Origin: a virus
Taxonomy: Duplodnaviria; Caudoviricetes
Reading direction: 5' to 3' (one strand)
IMG/VR virus record: IMGVR_UViG_3300027851_000046
Coordinates: 1-46,995 of that record
DNA: 46,995 nucleotides
Notes under the pieces: generated by a model
The model's database searches: none
What the model saw: the letters and a program-made list of their open reading frames with translations, nothing else
Told to the model about the DNA's origin: nothing
Program-made: the position numbers and the translations under genes
In this document: piece after piece, positions 33,944 through 44,195 of the stretch
How positions within the stretch are numbered: the first letter of the stretch is position 1
Layout of the letters: each line of letters opens with the position of its first letter

Positions 33944-34559
33944 AGAATGTCCCTTGGTTGAAAGGTTGGAAGCCAGTGCCAGTGAATCCGAAAGTCTCTG
34001 GCGGTATTGCGTCTAGCACTTCAATTTCAACGCCGCACGGTAGCGGCAATATATCCGTATTGTAAACTAGGTAACGCTCAAATGGAGTCAGCGCAAACTC
34101 AAATACATATCGAGCCTTCATATGGCCGGTAATCAGAAAATAGCACTTCTTGCCGTTAAAAGCAGCTTTCATCAACCGGTTAATATTTGGCGCGGTGGCA
34201 TTGATAATGTTCACGGTTGCCTTGATAAAAATCAGTCCACGGTAAACATTATCCGGCAGCTCGTATGCGTTCTGAGTTGGCGAGAAAAAAGGACGCTGAT
34301 TGAACGGATAGAATCCATCAGCGAACCCGAAATATTCGCCCTCCGGGTCGGCGATGGATACGCGCCGAGATATACCGACAATGCGGCCCCATATATCAAG
34401 GCCAAAGCCCTGAGCGGTATGCAAGTTCATGACGATATTGTAAAACTGTTCAATATCGGCAGACGGATCAAGACGGTCGCCAATATCCTCGATCAAACGC
34501 AACAGCACAGGGCTGTTAGCGTATTGAGACATGATGGTCGATTTAAGGAACGGCGACAT
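33930..34559 (-). CDS. Baseplate wedge protein (DUF2612-like)
   Basis: SQYANSP, TAQGFGLDIWGRIVG, LPLPCGV. Confidence 0.82.
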   Translation of the reverse strand: MSPFLKSTIMSQYANSPVLLRLIEDIGDRLDPSADIEQFYNIVMNLHTAQGFGLDIWGRIVGISRRVSIADPEGEYFGFADGFYPFNQRPFFSPTQNAYELPDNVYRGLIFIKATVNIINATAPNINRLMKAAFNGKKCYFLITGHMKARYVFEFALTPFERYLVYNTDILPLPCGVEIEVLDAIPPETFGFTGTGFQPFNQGTFYAGL

Positions 34560-35754
34560 ACTGGCTAACCGTTATCAAGTTTGCAGCGGTGGACGGGAAC
34601 TGATCAATGCCAAATTCTATCAGGCTAAGCCAAGTTGCGCCGTCTGTTGAAACTTTGATTTCAACAACGCCAAGCGCCGAATCTAGGCCGCAGCCAAACG
34701 ACGACGCAACTACAGTCCCGCCGATGCGCGCGCGGCGCGACCCGGATGCTAGCTGGTCGGCAATACTCTGGCGTGCGGCGGTGATTTGCGGGCCAGATAC
34801 TGAGTTGAAGTCGGCAACGCGAATATCGAAGTACAGCGGGATAATGTCGGGGCGCAGGAGCTTGACGTTATATTCAGGCGGGAAGCCGTCGTCATAGTTG
34901 TCCGTGTCTTTCCACAGAACATCCGTATTGCCGACGAACGCGCAGCCGGTGCCGCCCTTAGCCATGATCTTGCCGGCGATTTCGTAATCGTCGCCGCCAA
35001 CCACGGACACAAGCAAGCTGTTGCGAATCATCGGGTAGTTTGTGGCGCCTACGGTGATGGATTCGTCGGTGGGGTTGTCGATCACGCGAACGTCAATAAC
35101 GTCTGTCAGATCAAACACTGCGCCGAACACCGCGCTGTTTGTCAGCCTGCTATTAGCAGCCACCGAGTCCGCGCGGCGCAGCTCGAAGTCGGAGCGGGAT
35201 TCTTCATTGCTGCCAGGCACTGCCGGGACTAGGTTCTCTGCCCGGTCGATGCCTGGCAGCGTGTCCAGCAGGTTGTTAATCGTGCCGGTGGCAGCCTGAA
35301 TAGGGCCGGGGACTTGAGCGCGCGCGCTAACCGTAACGGTTCCGGTTGGCACGTCAACGGTGCCCATCTGCGTAGTTTCCCATATATTGCCGTTGCCATC
35401 TTGAACCTTAGCGCCAACAGGTACGATGCTGCCAGCCAATCCCGTGAAAGCAAGCGTGACAACTGAGCGCGTTGCTTGCGAACGGCTCAGGAAATAGATC
35501 GCGCCAAGCGCCTCCTGAAACTTGCCGAACGAATAGCGCGGATCGAAGTTGTTTGCCAGCTCGATAAACTGAGAATCCCGGTCAGTGATAACGGCAGTCA
35601 GCGACGTGACTAGCTGGCCTTGCGGCGTGCGTGAGTCCTCGGTGATATTCGGCCCGAACGCCTGACGCATGAGCGCCCACAGGCCATTCGTCACCGCTTC
35701 GCGTGTCGGCGCATCGATGCCCTGTGCCGTAAACTGAATGTTCGGGATTGTCAT
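34543..35754 (-). CDS. Baseplate J-like protein
   Basis: TPQGQL, G.NEES...E.RR; position in the baseplate cluster. Confidence 0.85.
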   Translation of the reverse strand: MTIPNIQFTAQGIDAPTREAVTNGLWALMRQAFGPNITEDSRTPQGQLVTSLTAVITDRDSQFIELANNFDPRYSFGKFQEALGAIYFLSRSQATRSVVTLAFTGLAGSIVPVGAKVQDGNGNIWETTQMGTVDVPTGTVTVSARAQVPGPIQAATGTINNLLDTLPGIDRAENLVPAVPGSNEESRSDFELRRADSVAANSRLTNSAVFGAVFDLTDVIDVRVIDNPTDESITVGATNYPMIRNSLLVSVVGGDDYEIAGKIMAKGGTGCAFVGNTDVLWKDTDNYDDGFPPEYNVKLLRPDIIPLYFDIRVADFNSVSGPQITAARQSIADQLASGSRRARIGGTVVASSFGCGLDSALGVVEIKVSTDGATWLSLIEFGIDQFPSTAANLITVSQYVAVP

Positions 35755-36107
35755 AGACTAATCTGGCCCGTCTGGTTTTCTTCGTTCGTGAAGATGATAG
35801 CGCCTATTACGTTGCGCCGGTCATTTGTTCTGATTGCAGCTTGCGCCGAAACAACGCCGCCGATTGATTTGGCGGCGTCCTCTAAATACATCTTGTACAG
35901 CGCCAGGGGAAACCCGGTTCCGCCTAGAATCTCGGTGTCGTAAGGAATCCCGGTCGCCGTATCATAATACAGATCACCCGTGAAAGTCCGGCATGCTGTC
36001 GATATGTCCTGAGCCTGCTGATAAATATCAGTGGCCACCGCGATATTGCCGTCTGCGTCTAGTGTTAAGTCCCAGGTGGTGGGCATAAGAAACAGTGTCG
36101 TAGCCAT
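35751..36107 (-). CDS. Baseplate wedge/sheath initiator
   Basis: WDLTLDADGNIA...F.GD.YYDT..GIPY. Confidence 0.7.
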   Translation of the reverse strand: MATTLFLMPTTWDLTLDADGNIAVATDIYQQAQDISTACRTFTGDLYYDTATGIPYDTEILGGTGFPLALYKMYLEDAAKSIGGVVSAQAAIRTNDRRNVIGAIIFTNEENQTGQISL

Positions 36108-36763
36108 TACATTTCCTGATTCGGTGTCGGGCCACTGCCGTGATTGTGCCCATTATACACAGCGCGTGTGCCGGCCATACTCAAGTTCTGAGTGCTCACG
36201 TTATCGGTAATATCCCCAGTAGCGCGGATCGGGCAGTTAACCTGCAACAGTGTGCCATTGACTGTAACGGTGCCGGTCGAAGTTATGTTGATGCCCGACT
36301 CCAAGAACTCGATGAACTGAACCGGGGCGCCATTCAGGAAGCCGCCGATATATAGGCCGTCCGAAACATCGTACTCACGGCGCGAGGGCGGGGGGCCTTC
36401 CACCTTGTCTTTCTTCACGCTGGTTATGTCGCGCATGGCAAACGATGCCAACCCCAGGTCGCCGACTTTTGGGTCAATGATTATTGCGTTATGGCCACCT
36501 TGCAATCGGAAATATGGCAGCTTGTACAGCGTTTCGTTTGGTATGCCGTTGTTGTTGGCGTCCAGTTGCTGCACCAGGTCTACCACATCTACAAAACCCA
36601 CCGGGCCGGTGACACCCGGCTCAACAGCGACCACGCGGACAACGGTATGCGTGAAAACGCGGCCAATCAGCCGGCCAATAATCGCTTCTTGCTGCATCGG
36701 CCCCGGCACGGATTGTTCCGGCGTAAACGGCCTACGCTCTGCTGATGGCGGCATCGTTTGCAC
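36107..36763 (-). CDS. Baseplate spike protein
   Basis: DPKVGDLG...RDI N-domain; C-terminal HNH metal-binding tip motif. Confidence 0.82.
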   Translation of the reverse strand: MQTMPPSAERRPFTPEQSVPGPMQQEAIIGRLIGRVFTHTVVRVVAVEPGVTGPVGFVDVVDLVQQLDANNNGIPNETLYKLPYFRLQGGHNAIIIDPKVGDLGLASFAMRDITSVKKDKVEGPPPSRREYDVSDGLYIGGFLNGAPVQFIEFLESGINITSTGTVTVNGTLLQVNCPIRATGDITDNVSTQNLSMAGTRAVYNGHNHGSGPTPNQEM

Positions 36764-37616
36764 CTCTGAAAGTTGCTTGAATATCCATGAACCACGCGCC
36801 GCCTGGAATCTCAGATTCTAGGGTGGTGGTCACGCCGAACGCGCGCCAATCGCCGTTAGTGGTCTCCATCAGCGAATCAGCAATGCGGATAATCCCGCCA
36901 AACCTGATCATCGGGTCCCACAGGCAGCGCACGTCAACGCCTTGGATGGTCGGCACCGGGTAGCCTAACAGGCCGGTCTTGGGCGTCAGGACTGGAATGC
37001 GCAGCGCCCTCGGCGCGCCCTGGGGCGCAATGGCAATCAACCCATGCTCGACGTACAGGTCAATCTGATACGCCGCGCACAGCTTGCGAATCTTGTTCAT
37101 GTCGGTGTCAACCATCGTCACATTCTGCATTGTCAGTGACTCGGGTACGCCGTTGTTCTCAAATATGTAGCCCATGCGCTCGCATATATCAGCGATGGCC
37201 TGCACCACTGGTGTGTCGCCTGGCAATGCCAACGGGGTGGCGGGGCGGTATGCCTCCAAAATCCCCGCCATGCTCGATATGCGAAGCGCAATCTCTGGCG
37301 CGTTGCTGGTGTCGATATACGCGAACGTAATGTTGCCCTCGAACACATGCAGCAGTGGCTGGTCTTGCTCGCCGGCCTCGATACGAATGCGGTTCAGCAT
37401 ACTGTTCAGGTCTTGCCAGCGGATGCGCATTAGCTTGTGCATCGTCGAGAGCGACAGGCCGTAAATCGTGACCTCGGCGCTTGGCATGATGGCGCCGCCG
37501 CCGAACCGAACAACGGTAGAGACGCGCAACCCCTCGGCGGTCAGTACGTTGGTGCCGCTCTCGTCGAACGTATCGCCAATGAGCGTGATGGTGGCGCGGA
37601 TGACCTTCTTATTCAT
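36732..37616 (-). CDS. Baseplate hub protein
   Basis: 294 aa; VFEGNITFAY and TGLLGYP; precedes the spike gene. Confidence 0.75.
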   Translation of the reverse strand: MNKKVIRATITLIGDTFDESGTNVLTAEGLRVSTVVRFGGGAIMPSAEVTIYGLSLSTMHKLMRIRWQDLNSMLNRIRIEAGEQDQPLLHVFEGNITFAYIDTSNAPEIALRISSMAGILEAYRPATPLALPGDTPVVQAIADICERMGYIFENNGVPESLTMQNVTMVDTDMNKIRKLCAAYQIDLYVEHGLIAIAPQGAPRALRIPVLTPKTGLLGYPVPTIQGVDVRCLWDPMIRFGGIIRIADSLMETTNGDWRAFGVTTTLESEIPGGAWFMDIQATFRGANDAAISRA

Positions 37617-37887
37617 CGGCAGGCGGCCAGTATGTCAGCAGTAAGCGCTGCCCGAGTTGCTGCCAGTCGGGATCGCTGTAACCTTGGTTGTCTACCATCA
37701 TCAAGTCGCCTTCGATGGGTGCATAGGACAGCAGGGCGCGATTGCGAACGATGGTCTCGCCATTGACGCGAACAGTGATATACAGCCTGCCGCGACGGGT
37801 CACTATATCGATTGCGTACACGCTGCCGCCAGGGCGCGCGACTAGCGACTGGTTCGGCACGGCGCGCAGCGGGATGACTTCAATCAA
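37609..37887 (-). CDS. Small baseplate protein
   Basis: IPLRAVPNQ...D.QG.SDP....LG.R..L.Y. Confidence 0.7.
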   Translation of the reverse strand: MIEVIPLRAVPNQSLVARPGGSVYAIDIVTRRGRLYITVRVNGETIVRNRALLSYAPIEGDLMMVDNQGYSDPDWQQLGQRLLLTYWPPADE

Positions 37888-38585
37888 AATTGCACCTCAA
37901 TATCGCCTAGAGCCGACTGCACCTGATCCAAGAATTCCAGACCCTTATCACGCAGACCGGTGGCGATTTCACCCGCAGCACGCGCGCCCTGGCTCAGAAT
38001 GGACTCGCCCGGCTCGCTCTCGACTTCTCCGGCATCAGTTGTATTGGCGTCTTCGGGGTTGGCCACGTCTTCCTGCTCGTATTGCACCCGCACCTCTCGA
38101 ACCTCTTTCAGCTCGATGTTCGCCACGATGATCCTGTTGCCTTCATTCGGCAGGCGCCGATAGCCAAATCCAGTAATAGCCGCGTTGCGATGGACGTATT
38201 CAGGCGTCAGCACGTTGAACAGCAGGGTAGAGCGGGACAGCGCTTCAAGCTGAGCGATGAACGCCCCGCGCTCAAGCGTGCCGCCGCTGCCCTTTGTCAT
38301 CTGCACGGTGGCGGTGTACGGTTCTTGGACTTTGTTGTAGCTGGCGAACGTGCCTTTCTCCAGAGGCGCATTGGCAACATTGGCCGTGTTCTGGAACTCC
38401 ACCGAGGTGACGTTATCCGCCAGCAGGATGGGAATGCCGAACTCGTTGAATATGCCCCAGCGGTCGCCAAAAATCAGGCCGATGGCAAACGCACCGCCGA
38501 AACTGATCAGCGAGTTTAGACCTTCCTGAACTATCCCGCCTGGCCCAGGGGGCAGGACGGGGATGTTGGGCATTCCCGGAATCAT
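37884..38585 (-). CDS. Tail tube initiator/Dit-like baseplate protein
   Basis: PLEKGTFASYNKV; follows the tape measure gene. Confidence 0.72.
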   Translation of the reverse strand: MIPGMPNIPVLPPGPGGIVQEGLNSLISFGGAFAIGLIFGDRWGIFNEFGIPILLADNVTSVEFQNTANVANAPLEKGTFASYNKVQEPYTATVQMTKGSGGTLERGAFIAQLEALSRSTLLFNVLTPEYVHRNAAITGFGYRRLPNEGNRIIVANIELKEVREVRVQYEQEDVANPEDANTTDAGEVESEPGESILSQGARAAGEIATGLRDKGLEFLDQVQSALGDIEVQF

Positions 38586-40693
38586 AAGCCGCTCGCCGTC
38601 TGGTTAAGCATGTTTGCGCTCTTGTCCATAGCTGTCCCAAGTGCCTCAGTTGTAATAGCCGGCAGTGTAGCAGCAGTGGTATGCACATTCAGCTCATGGA
38701 TATCCACTTTGGTTTCATTGCGCACGCTTGCGGATGCTTGCGGTGCGCCGCCAGTGACCGATGCGCCACGGGAGAAACTGCGCGCCGCTGCCGGTGCGTT
38801 AAGGCGGTTTTCGATCTTGCGGGCGTACCCTTGGCCTTCGCCGTAGCGGCCAAGCCCGCCAGCCAAGCTGCCAGCATCTTTCTCCAGCGCGTACAGGTAC
38901 TCGAACGCGAACCGAATCTGTTCTTCAAGCGACTTGTTTTGCAGCGGCGTTACGCCATAGCCCGGATCGCGCGCAGTGGACTCCAGAATGCCGAACGGGC
39001 CGAACGCAGTGGACACTTTGCCGGTATGCGGCGCGATGCGCTTACCCTCGGCGTTTTTCTCGTAGTGGTACTTGGCCGGGTTGTCGATGAACTCTTTACG
39101 CCCGCCCGTTTCCTGCATCCATACGGCTTTTGCCAGTCCCTCGGGCCATCCGTACTTCTTGTCCTGCGCGGCCAGCATGGCGTCGATATCGGTGCCTTCT
39201 GAGTCGCCACCGAAAAACCCGCCCACGGCATCACGCACGCCGCGCACGATACCCGACAGCGTACCGCCCTTCGACGGGTCTTGCCCAACGGCTGTATCAA
39301 CTGCGCCAGCTACATGCTCCACGGCGCCGCCAAGTAGGCCGGCAGCGTTCTTGAATGCAGCCTTGGGGATTCCGGCAAGATCACTCAGCGCGCCGCTGAT
39401 ATCGCCCGATGCAATCTTGCTCATGGCGCTAATAATGGCCTGCAATACCGGCATGGATTCCAGCATGTCGCGGCCAAGATTGCGGAAGCCTTCAGCCAGC
39501 GAATCGATGGACAGCTTGCCGTCATCAATAAAGCCTTTCAGCTCCAGCCACTTGCGGAATGCGCCTAGCGCTTCCTCCCAGTTGTTGTAGCCGGTTAGCA
39601 GACGAGCGAACCCGTTGGCCAGGTTGTCCACAGACAGTTCCGTGCCGTCTATGTACGCCTGGAACGCCTCCCAGTCGAACAGCGACTTGCCGCCCTCGGC
39701 CCACGTCTTGTAGTCGTCATATAGCAACAGGAAGCCGGCAGACAACAGAGCAACGGCAGCAATCAGTGTGGCGAAAGGCGCCAGCAGCGCTAGTGCCGCC
39801 AGCGTAGCCTTACCAAACGCCACCACCAACAGCGCACCGGCGGCATATGCGATCCCCTCAAACACGCGCTTAACGGCACGTTCGTTGCGCATCAGGTAGT
39901 CAACGAGCCGCTGCGCACCCTGCGTAACCTTGAGTAGCAGCGGGACAATCGCGTTACCCAGGATGGTTTTCATGCTTTGCCAGTAAGCGCCAAGCAGCGC
40001 CTGCTGACGACGCAGCTCACGACTTGCGGCCAGCTCCTGTTCGGTGCTGGTGCTCAGCGTGGCCTGCGCGTCGATCATGGCCTGCATGGCTTCGCGGCCT
40101 TGCATCAGAGCATTCGCAGTGTCGTCATCAATGCCCATGGCGGATGCCAGCGCATAGCCCTGGCGCCGATCCATGCGGCTAAACGATTCGGCCATGTCCA
40201 GCATGATGGCGTTCATGTCGCGCACCTTGCCGTGAGCATCGGTAACGCCTACACCCAGCGCGTTGAAGAACGGGAGCGCGGATGCGTCGCCCATGATCAC
40301 CAGTTGCTGAATGGACTGATTCAGCCCCTTCATCGTGTTCTGCATAGCAGCGGCATCGCCGCCGAGTGCAGCAGCCGCGTTGCTCATGAGGGTAATGCTG
40401 CGGGCAGACTGGCCAAGGCGTTGCTGCATGAAATACAGCTGATCGTTGACCTTGGCGATGTTGGTGGCCAGACGCTCAAGAACCACGCTGCTACCCACGG
40501 CTGCGAACAGCGCGCGAATGCCGGAAGCGGCAGACACCAATGAACTAGATGTCTGCTTCGATTCCTTGCCAGTCCGCTCCATGGACTTCTGGACTTTGCC
40601 TGATTCGCGCTCGGCCTCTTTCGTCTGCTCACGGAACTTGCCTAGCTCAAGCTCAAGCTCCATGACCAGCTTATCGACTAGATGCGAACTCAT
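38582..40693 (-). CDS. Tape measure protein with C-terminal lytic transglycosylase-like domain
   Basis: Ala-rich helical 703 aa; central TM segments; AVWMQETGG...AFGPFGILESTARDPGYG. Confidence 0.85.
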   Translation of the reverse strand: MSSHLVDKLVMELELELGKFREQTKEAERESGKVQKSMERTGKESKQTSSSLVSAASGIRALFAAVGSSVVLERLATNIAKVNDQLYFMQQRLGQSARSITLMSNAAAALGGDAAAMQNTMKGLNQSIQQLVIMGDASALPFFNALGVGVTDAHGKVRDMNAIMLDMAESFSRMDRRQGYALASAMGIDDDTANALMQGREAMQAMIDAQATLSTSTEQELAASRELRRQQALLGAYWQSMKTILGNAIVPLLLKVTQGAQRLVDYLMRNERAVKRVFEGIAYAAGALLVVAFGKATLAALALLAPFATLIAAVALLSAGFLLLYDDYKTWAEGGKSLFDWEAFQAYIDGTELSVDNLANGFARLLTGYNNWEEALGAFRKWLELKGFIDDGKLSIDSLAEGFRNLGRDMLESMPVLQAIISAMSKIASGDISGALSDLAGIPKAAFKNAAGLLGGAVEHVAGAVDTAVGQDPSKGGTLSGIVRGVRDAVGGFFGGDSEGTDIDAMLAAQDKKYGWPEGLAKAVWMQETGGRKEFIDNPAKYHYEKNAEGKRIAPHTGKVSTAFGPFGILESTARDPGYGVTPLQNKSLEEQIRFAFEYLYALEKDAGSLAGGLGRYGEGQGYARKIENRLNAPAAARSFSRGASVTGGAPQASASVRNETKVDIHELNVHTTAATLPAITTEALGTAMDKSANMLNQTASGL

Positions 40694-40928
40694 TCTTTAA
40701 AGACTCCAGAAGCCCATCATTGTGGGTTGATACGTGGTGCAACTCGATTAGATTGAATGCGTCTTCTAGCGTTAGCTGTGCGTCTAGCTCGGCGTACGTT
40801 GCAAGTTTGTGATGCATGCAATAGTACGCTTCGCTCGACAGGTTCACGCAGCGAGCAAACGCCGCTTGATTCAGCGGCATCTGCACCCCGTCACTTTCGA
40901 TTACCGGGTAACGCCTGCCTTCAAAAAA
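40671..40928 (-). CDS. Tail assembly chaperone C-terminal extension (-1 frameshift product)
   Basis: The -1 frame is open from the slippery T-TTT-TTG (40928-40922) to 40671. Confidence 0.7.
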   Translation of the reverse strand, partial: FFEGRRYPVIESDGVQMPLNQAAFARCVNLSSEAYYCMHHKLATYAELDAQLTLEDAFNLIELHHVSTHNDGLLESLKNEFASSR

Positions 40929-41347
40929 TCGAGGTTAACCTTGATCGCCTCGATGCGCAGTTTCCACAGGGTTGCAATGCTCGTGATATCGCCGGCTGCG
41001 TGCTCGGTTGGCGGGATGATGGGCCGGGTCGCGCCGTCAGGAAGTTTCAGCTTGATAACGGTCAACAGTTCATCCAGCAGCTCTTGCGCCACGTGTTCCT
41101 CGATGCCGCCCAGCGCCTTCAATACCGCGTTCAGGATCTCGGCTATATCCAACATGCCGGTGAAGTCGCCAGAGCGCGCGCCATCCAAGCCCTTCAGCGC
41201 CGAAACATCCACGCCCGACTTCATCACCGCCAGCGCCGCACGGTTAGCCCAGCGGTCGCCACGAAGCAAAGGCATCTGGGAAACGACGAAGGTCTTGCCC
41301 TCGTCGCTACCCTCGGCAATCGTGACCTCTTTAGTCAGAATCGCCAT
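40901..41347 (-). CDS. Tail assembly chaperone
   Basis: Between the tube and tape measure genes; ends with a slippery site. Confidence 0.8.
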   Translation of the reverse strand: MAILTKEVTIAEGSDEGKTFVVSQMPLLRGDRWANRAALAVMKSGVDVSALKGLDGARSGDFTGMLDIAEILNAVLKALGGIEEHVAQELLDELLTVIKLKLPDGATRPIIPPTEHAAGDITSIATLWKLRIEAIKVNLDFLKAGVTR

Positions 41348-41793
41348 CAGATGGATTCCTCACCGTTGATGACCAGGTTGAACACGTACTGAGTGCCGGC
41401 CAGCAGCTTCTGCGCGCTGGTGCCGCCGCTGTGGCTTACCATGAAGCCGGAAGCGTTGACGCGCTGGCCAGTGCTCGGCATGGTGATATCGAACGTGACG
41501 CGTTCGGTCTCTTTCTGCGCGTTGCAGTAGGCTCGGAACTGCTCCATCTGGATGCGGCTGGCGCTGTTGGCTTCGAGGAACACGGTGAAGGCCACTTCAT
41601 GCGATACCCAGCCGCCAGACTGGAGGCCGTCAACACCGATGCGGGTTTCGCCGTTGGTGGCGTCGCCGAAGCCGAAGGCGTTATCGGCCTGAAAGCCTTG
41701 GAGTTGGATCGGGCTGGAAAAGTAGTTCTCAGTCGAGAACAGCACGACGCTGTTCGCGGCGGTAATGGTGCGGGGGTTGATGCCCATGGTCAT
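41347..41793 (-). CDS. Tail tube protein
   Basis: ITAANS...LQGFQADNAF...GVDG...GG; follows the sheath gene. Confidence 0.8.
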   Translation of the reverse strand: MTMGINPRTITAANSVVLFSTENYFSSPIQLQGFQADNAFGFGDATNGETRIGVDGLQSGGWVSHEVAFTVFLEANSASRIQMEQFRAYCNAQKETERVTFDITMPSTGQRVNASGFMVSHSGGTSAQKLLAGTQYVFNLVINGEESI

Positions 41794-41805
41794 GTCAGTG
41801 GCTCC

Positions 41806-43302
41806 TTATTGTACGTTGACGGATGCGAGGTTGACCGACTGGACACTACCCCCATCAGTATAAAAAAGGGTGAATGGCATGGAGCCGCGATTTCCTCTAA
41901 CCTGCGCGTCAGCTGTCTTGATGTCAATCACATAACCCTTCGCCAGCAGATCAGGCACAACATCGCGGCCCGCCTGGCTGTTGATGATGGACTTCTGTTG
42001 TTGGCTGAGCGCTGCCGGGTCAACCAGCGGGCGAATGCCGCCGAAGTTGATCATTTCGTTGATCGGGTCCATAACGGCGGCGCGGTGGTATGCCTTGCCG
42101 ACGTCGTTGTATGGGATCGAACCGTAGCTGATCAGCATGTTCATCAGGGCCAGTTGTAGCTGGCTGTTCAGGTAAATCTGATTGATGTAGTTGTCCGCCC
42201 AGCGGAACTTACCGGCCACAGCGCCGTTAGTCTGGAACTGGAAGCGGTCGTTAGCAGTGGCAAACGCAGCATAGAACGTGTATCCGTTGCTGATCAGCGC
42301 GGTGTAATCGGCTTCGCTGGTCACGTCAGCAGACAGGCCAGCCTGACGCATGAACATGATGTTGCGCCGGCCATTCTGGCGCTTGAAGTCAATCGCAACA
42401 ATACCACCGCACAGCGCCGCGATCTTGTCGATGCTGCCGAAGTACGGCAGCGTGCCATCCTGCTCGGTCTCGGTCAGCCAGGCGCCGAACGATGCCGGGT
42501 TGTTGGCTACCAGAGCGCCGCCAGTGGTGTCCTGCACGACAGACATAAACCGGCTACGACGCAGGGTAGTCCACTCGGCAATCTCTTTCTTGGTATCGGC
42601 GTCCGGCTCGACCAGATCAGCAAAGACGGCGAAGTTGCTGGTGAACCCGATGTAGTAGCTGCGCGCCTCGGCAACGGTCATGGCGGCGGTGCCGTTCTCG
42701 GCTTGCGCGCCTTCTGCCTCGCTCAGTCGCAGCACGTCTGCCATCGCGCCAGTGGCGAGAGTGATGGTCGCAGCGGTGCCGGTCGCGGTGGTGGTGATCT
42801 CAAACACCTGGGCGCTCGCCACGAATGCACACGAAGCCGGGGCGGTCGCAGTGGTCAGAGCGGTGGTGATGATCGAGGCAGCATCGCTGAAACTGGTAGC
42901 GCTGGCCAGGTTCACGGTCAGGTTGTAATTGGTGCCGCCAATGACCAGGCTTAGCGCGCCGGTCTGCTTGATATCGTCAAGCGTCACGCTGCGCAGGCTG
43001 GCCGATTGCAGGACGGCAGGCAGGGCAGCGGATTTGTCGCCGGCCATCCACAGGCGCTCTGGAATCTTGGTGGCGCCTTCGTAGCCGAGGAAGTAGCGCT
43101 CAGCGAACGCATATTCGTCAGACAACAGGCCGAACACCTGGCCGACTTCTGCGGCGCTGCCGAACTCTCGCACACCGATAATGCGCGGAGAAGTAGCGGG
43201 GGAAATAAGCAGAGTGGACATAGACAGCGCGGTGCCGCCCGTTCCAATTGCGCTTGGTACTACGCTGACAATACGATCAGCGGGGATACTGGAAAAGGCC
43301 AT
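41806..43302 (-). CDS. Tail sheath protein (DUF3383-like)
   Basis: 498 aa; SIPA..IV.V.P start, SIPYN..G, YTDGGSVQ end. Confidence 0.88.
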   Translation of the reverse strand: MAFSSIPADRIVSVVPSAIGTGGTALSMSTLLISPATSPRIIGVREFGSAAEVGQVFGLLSDEYAFAERYFLGYEGATKIPERLWMAGDKSAALPAVLQSASLRSVTLDDIKQTGALSLVIGGTNYNLTVNLASATSFSDAASIITTALTTATAPASCAFVASAQVFEITTTATGTAATITLATGAMADVLRLSEAEGAQAENGTAAMTVAEARSYYIGFTSNFAVFADLVEPDADTKKEIAEWTTLRRSRFMSVVQDTTGGALVANNPASFGAWLTETEQDGTLPYFGSIDKIAALCGGIVAIDFKRQNGRRNIMFMRQAGLSADVTSEADYTALISNGYTFYAAFATANDRFQFQTNGAVAGKFRWADNYINQIYLNSQLQLALMNMLISYGSIPYNDVGKAYHRAAVMDPINEMINFGGIRPLVDPAALSQQQKSIINSQAGRDVVPDLLAKGYVIDIKTADAQVRGNRGSMPFTLFYTDGGSVQSVNLASVNVQ

Positions 43303-43812
43303 TTAGCCACCCTCATTTACTGGAATGATTGCAATCTCTGCGCTGTCCGCAAAGTCTTGCGCGTGAGTTACCACGGGATTGTATTGTAAAGCAAGGTCTA
43401 AGATATAGCGATCTTCGTACTGATTGGAGTCGTTGATATACGGCAGGCGCTGCCGAGACTGGACATAGAGCGGCTTGCACTTAGTCAGGCGGTCGTATGC
43501 ATAAGAGTTTCGCCACACCTGGGCAATGATCCTGCTTCGCCTGGGCGCCTCTTTGCCGTAGAACGAGAATTGCACTCGCGCCTCGACTGAGTTATGCACG
43601 GCGGCAAGTTCTGCGTCTGCGTCGTAATACGTCGAAGAATAGTCCAGCTCAGAATCGAACAACATGGCGATAGTTATCGCGTTATACGGCAGCGCGGCAT
43701 AGTTCTGCGTGTCGCGGATAACTTGCGCGGGCGTAGCATCCGGCAGAGTCGCCAGGATGAACTGCCGCAGTTCCGTGATTATTTCGTAGTGATCGTCACT
43801 AGAAGTCGCCAT
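43303..43812 (-). CDS. Neck/tail terminator protein
   Basis: Precedes the sheath gene; EDRYILD..LQYNP; start moved to MATSS (TAATG). Confidence 0.7.
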   Translation of the reverse strand: MATSSDDHYEIITELRQFILATLPDATPAQVIRDTQNYAALPYNAITIAMLFDSELDYSSTYYDADAELAAVHNSVEARVQFSFYGKEAPRRSRIIAQVWRNSYAYDRLTKCKPLYVQSRQRLPYINDSNQYEDRYILDLALQYNPVVTHAQDFADSAEIAIIPVNEGG

Positions 43813-44195
43813 TATGTAATCCTCACAAGCAACAGCCTCACCCACGCTCTGTACGATTCCAGCACTTTGTCAACCGACCAGCGGACGGGCAGCGACTCGC
43901 CGTAGGGCGTAAACACCAGCTCAGACGCGCCACGCTCCAGCCAGCGCTGAATGGCCGTGATGCTGCCGTATGCGTACACAGTGATGTACTCGCCTTGTCG
44001 GTCAACAAGGTTCAAGTGGTCTTTTTCCTCAGACCCCAGCGACTGCGCCTGAATCTGAATCGGATGCTCGACAAAGTTCGGCACTTGGTTGCCCTCGGAG
44101 TCAACCGTTGAGCCTTCGTTCACCCTCAGCACGGCTGCCAGGTTCGGGTTAACCAGGCTGGTCATGCCGTTGGCCATTGCGCGGACGTTAATCAT
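43812..44195 (-). CDS. Head closure/neck protein
   Basis: Position; VNPN...QAQSL...W.V.KVLE pattern. Confidence 0.65.
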   Translation of the reverse strand: MINVRAMANGMTSLVNPNLAAVLRVNEGSTVDSEGNQVPNFVEHPIQIQAQSLGSEEKDHLNLVDRQGEYITVYAYGSITAIQRWLERGASELVFTPYGESLPVRWSVDKVLESYRAWVRLLLVRIT

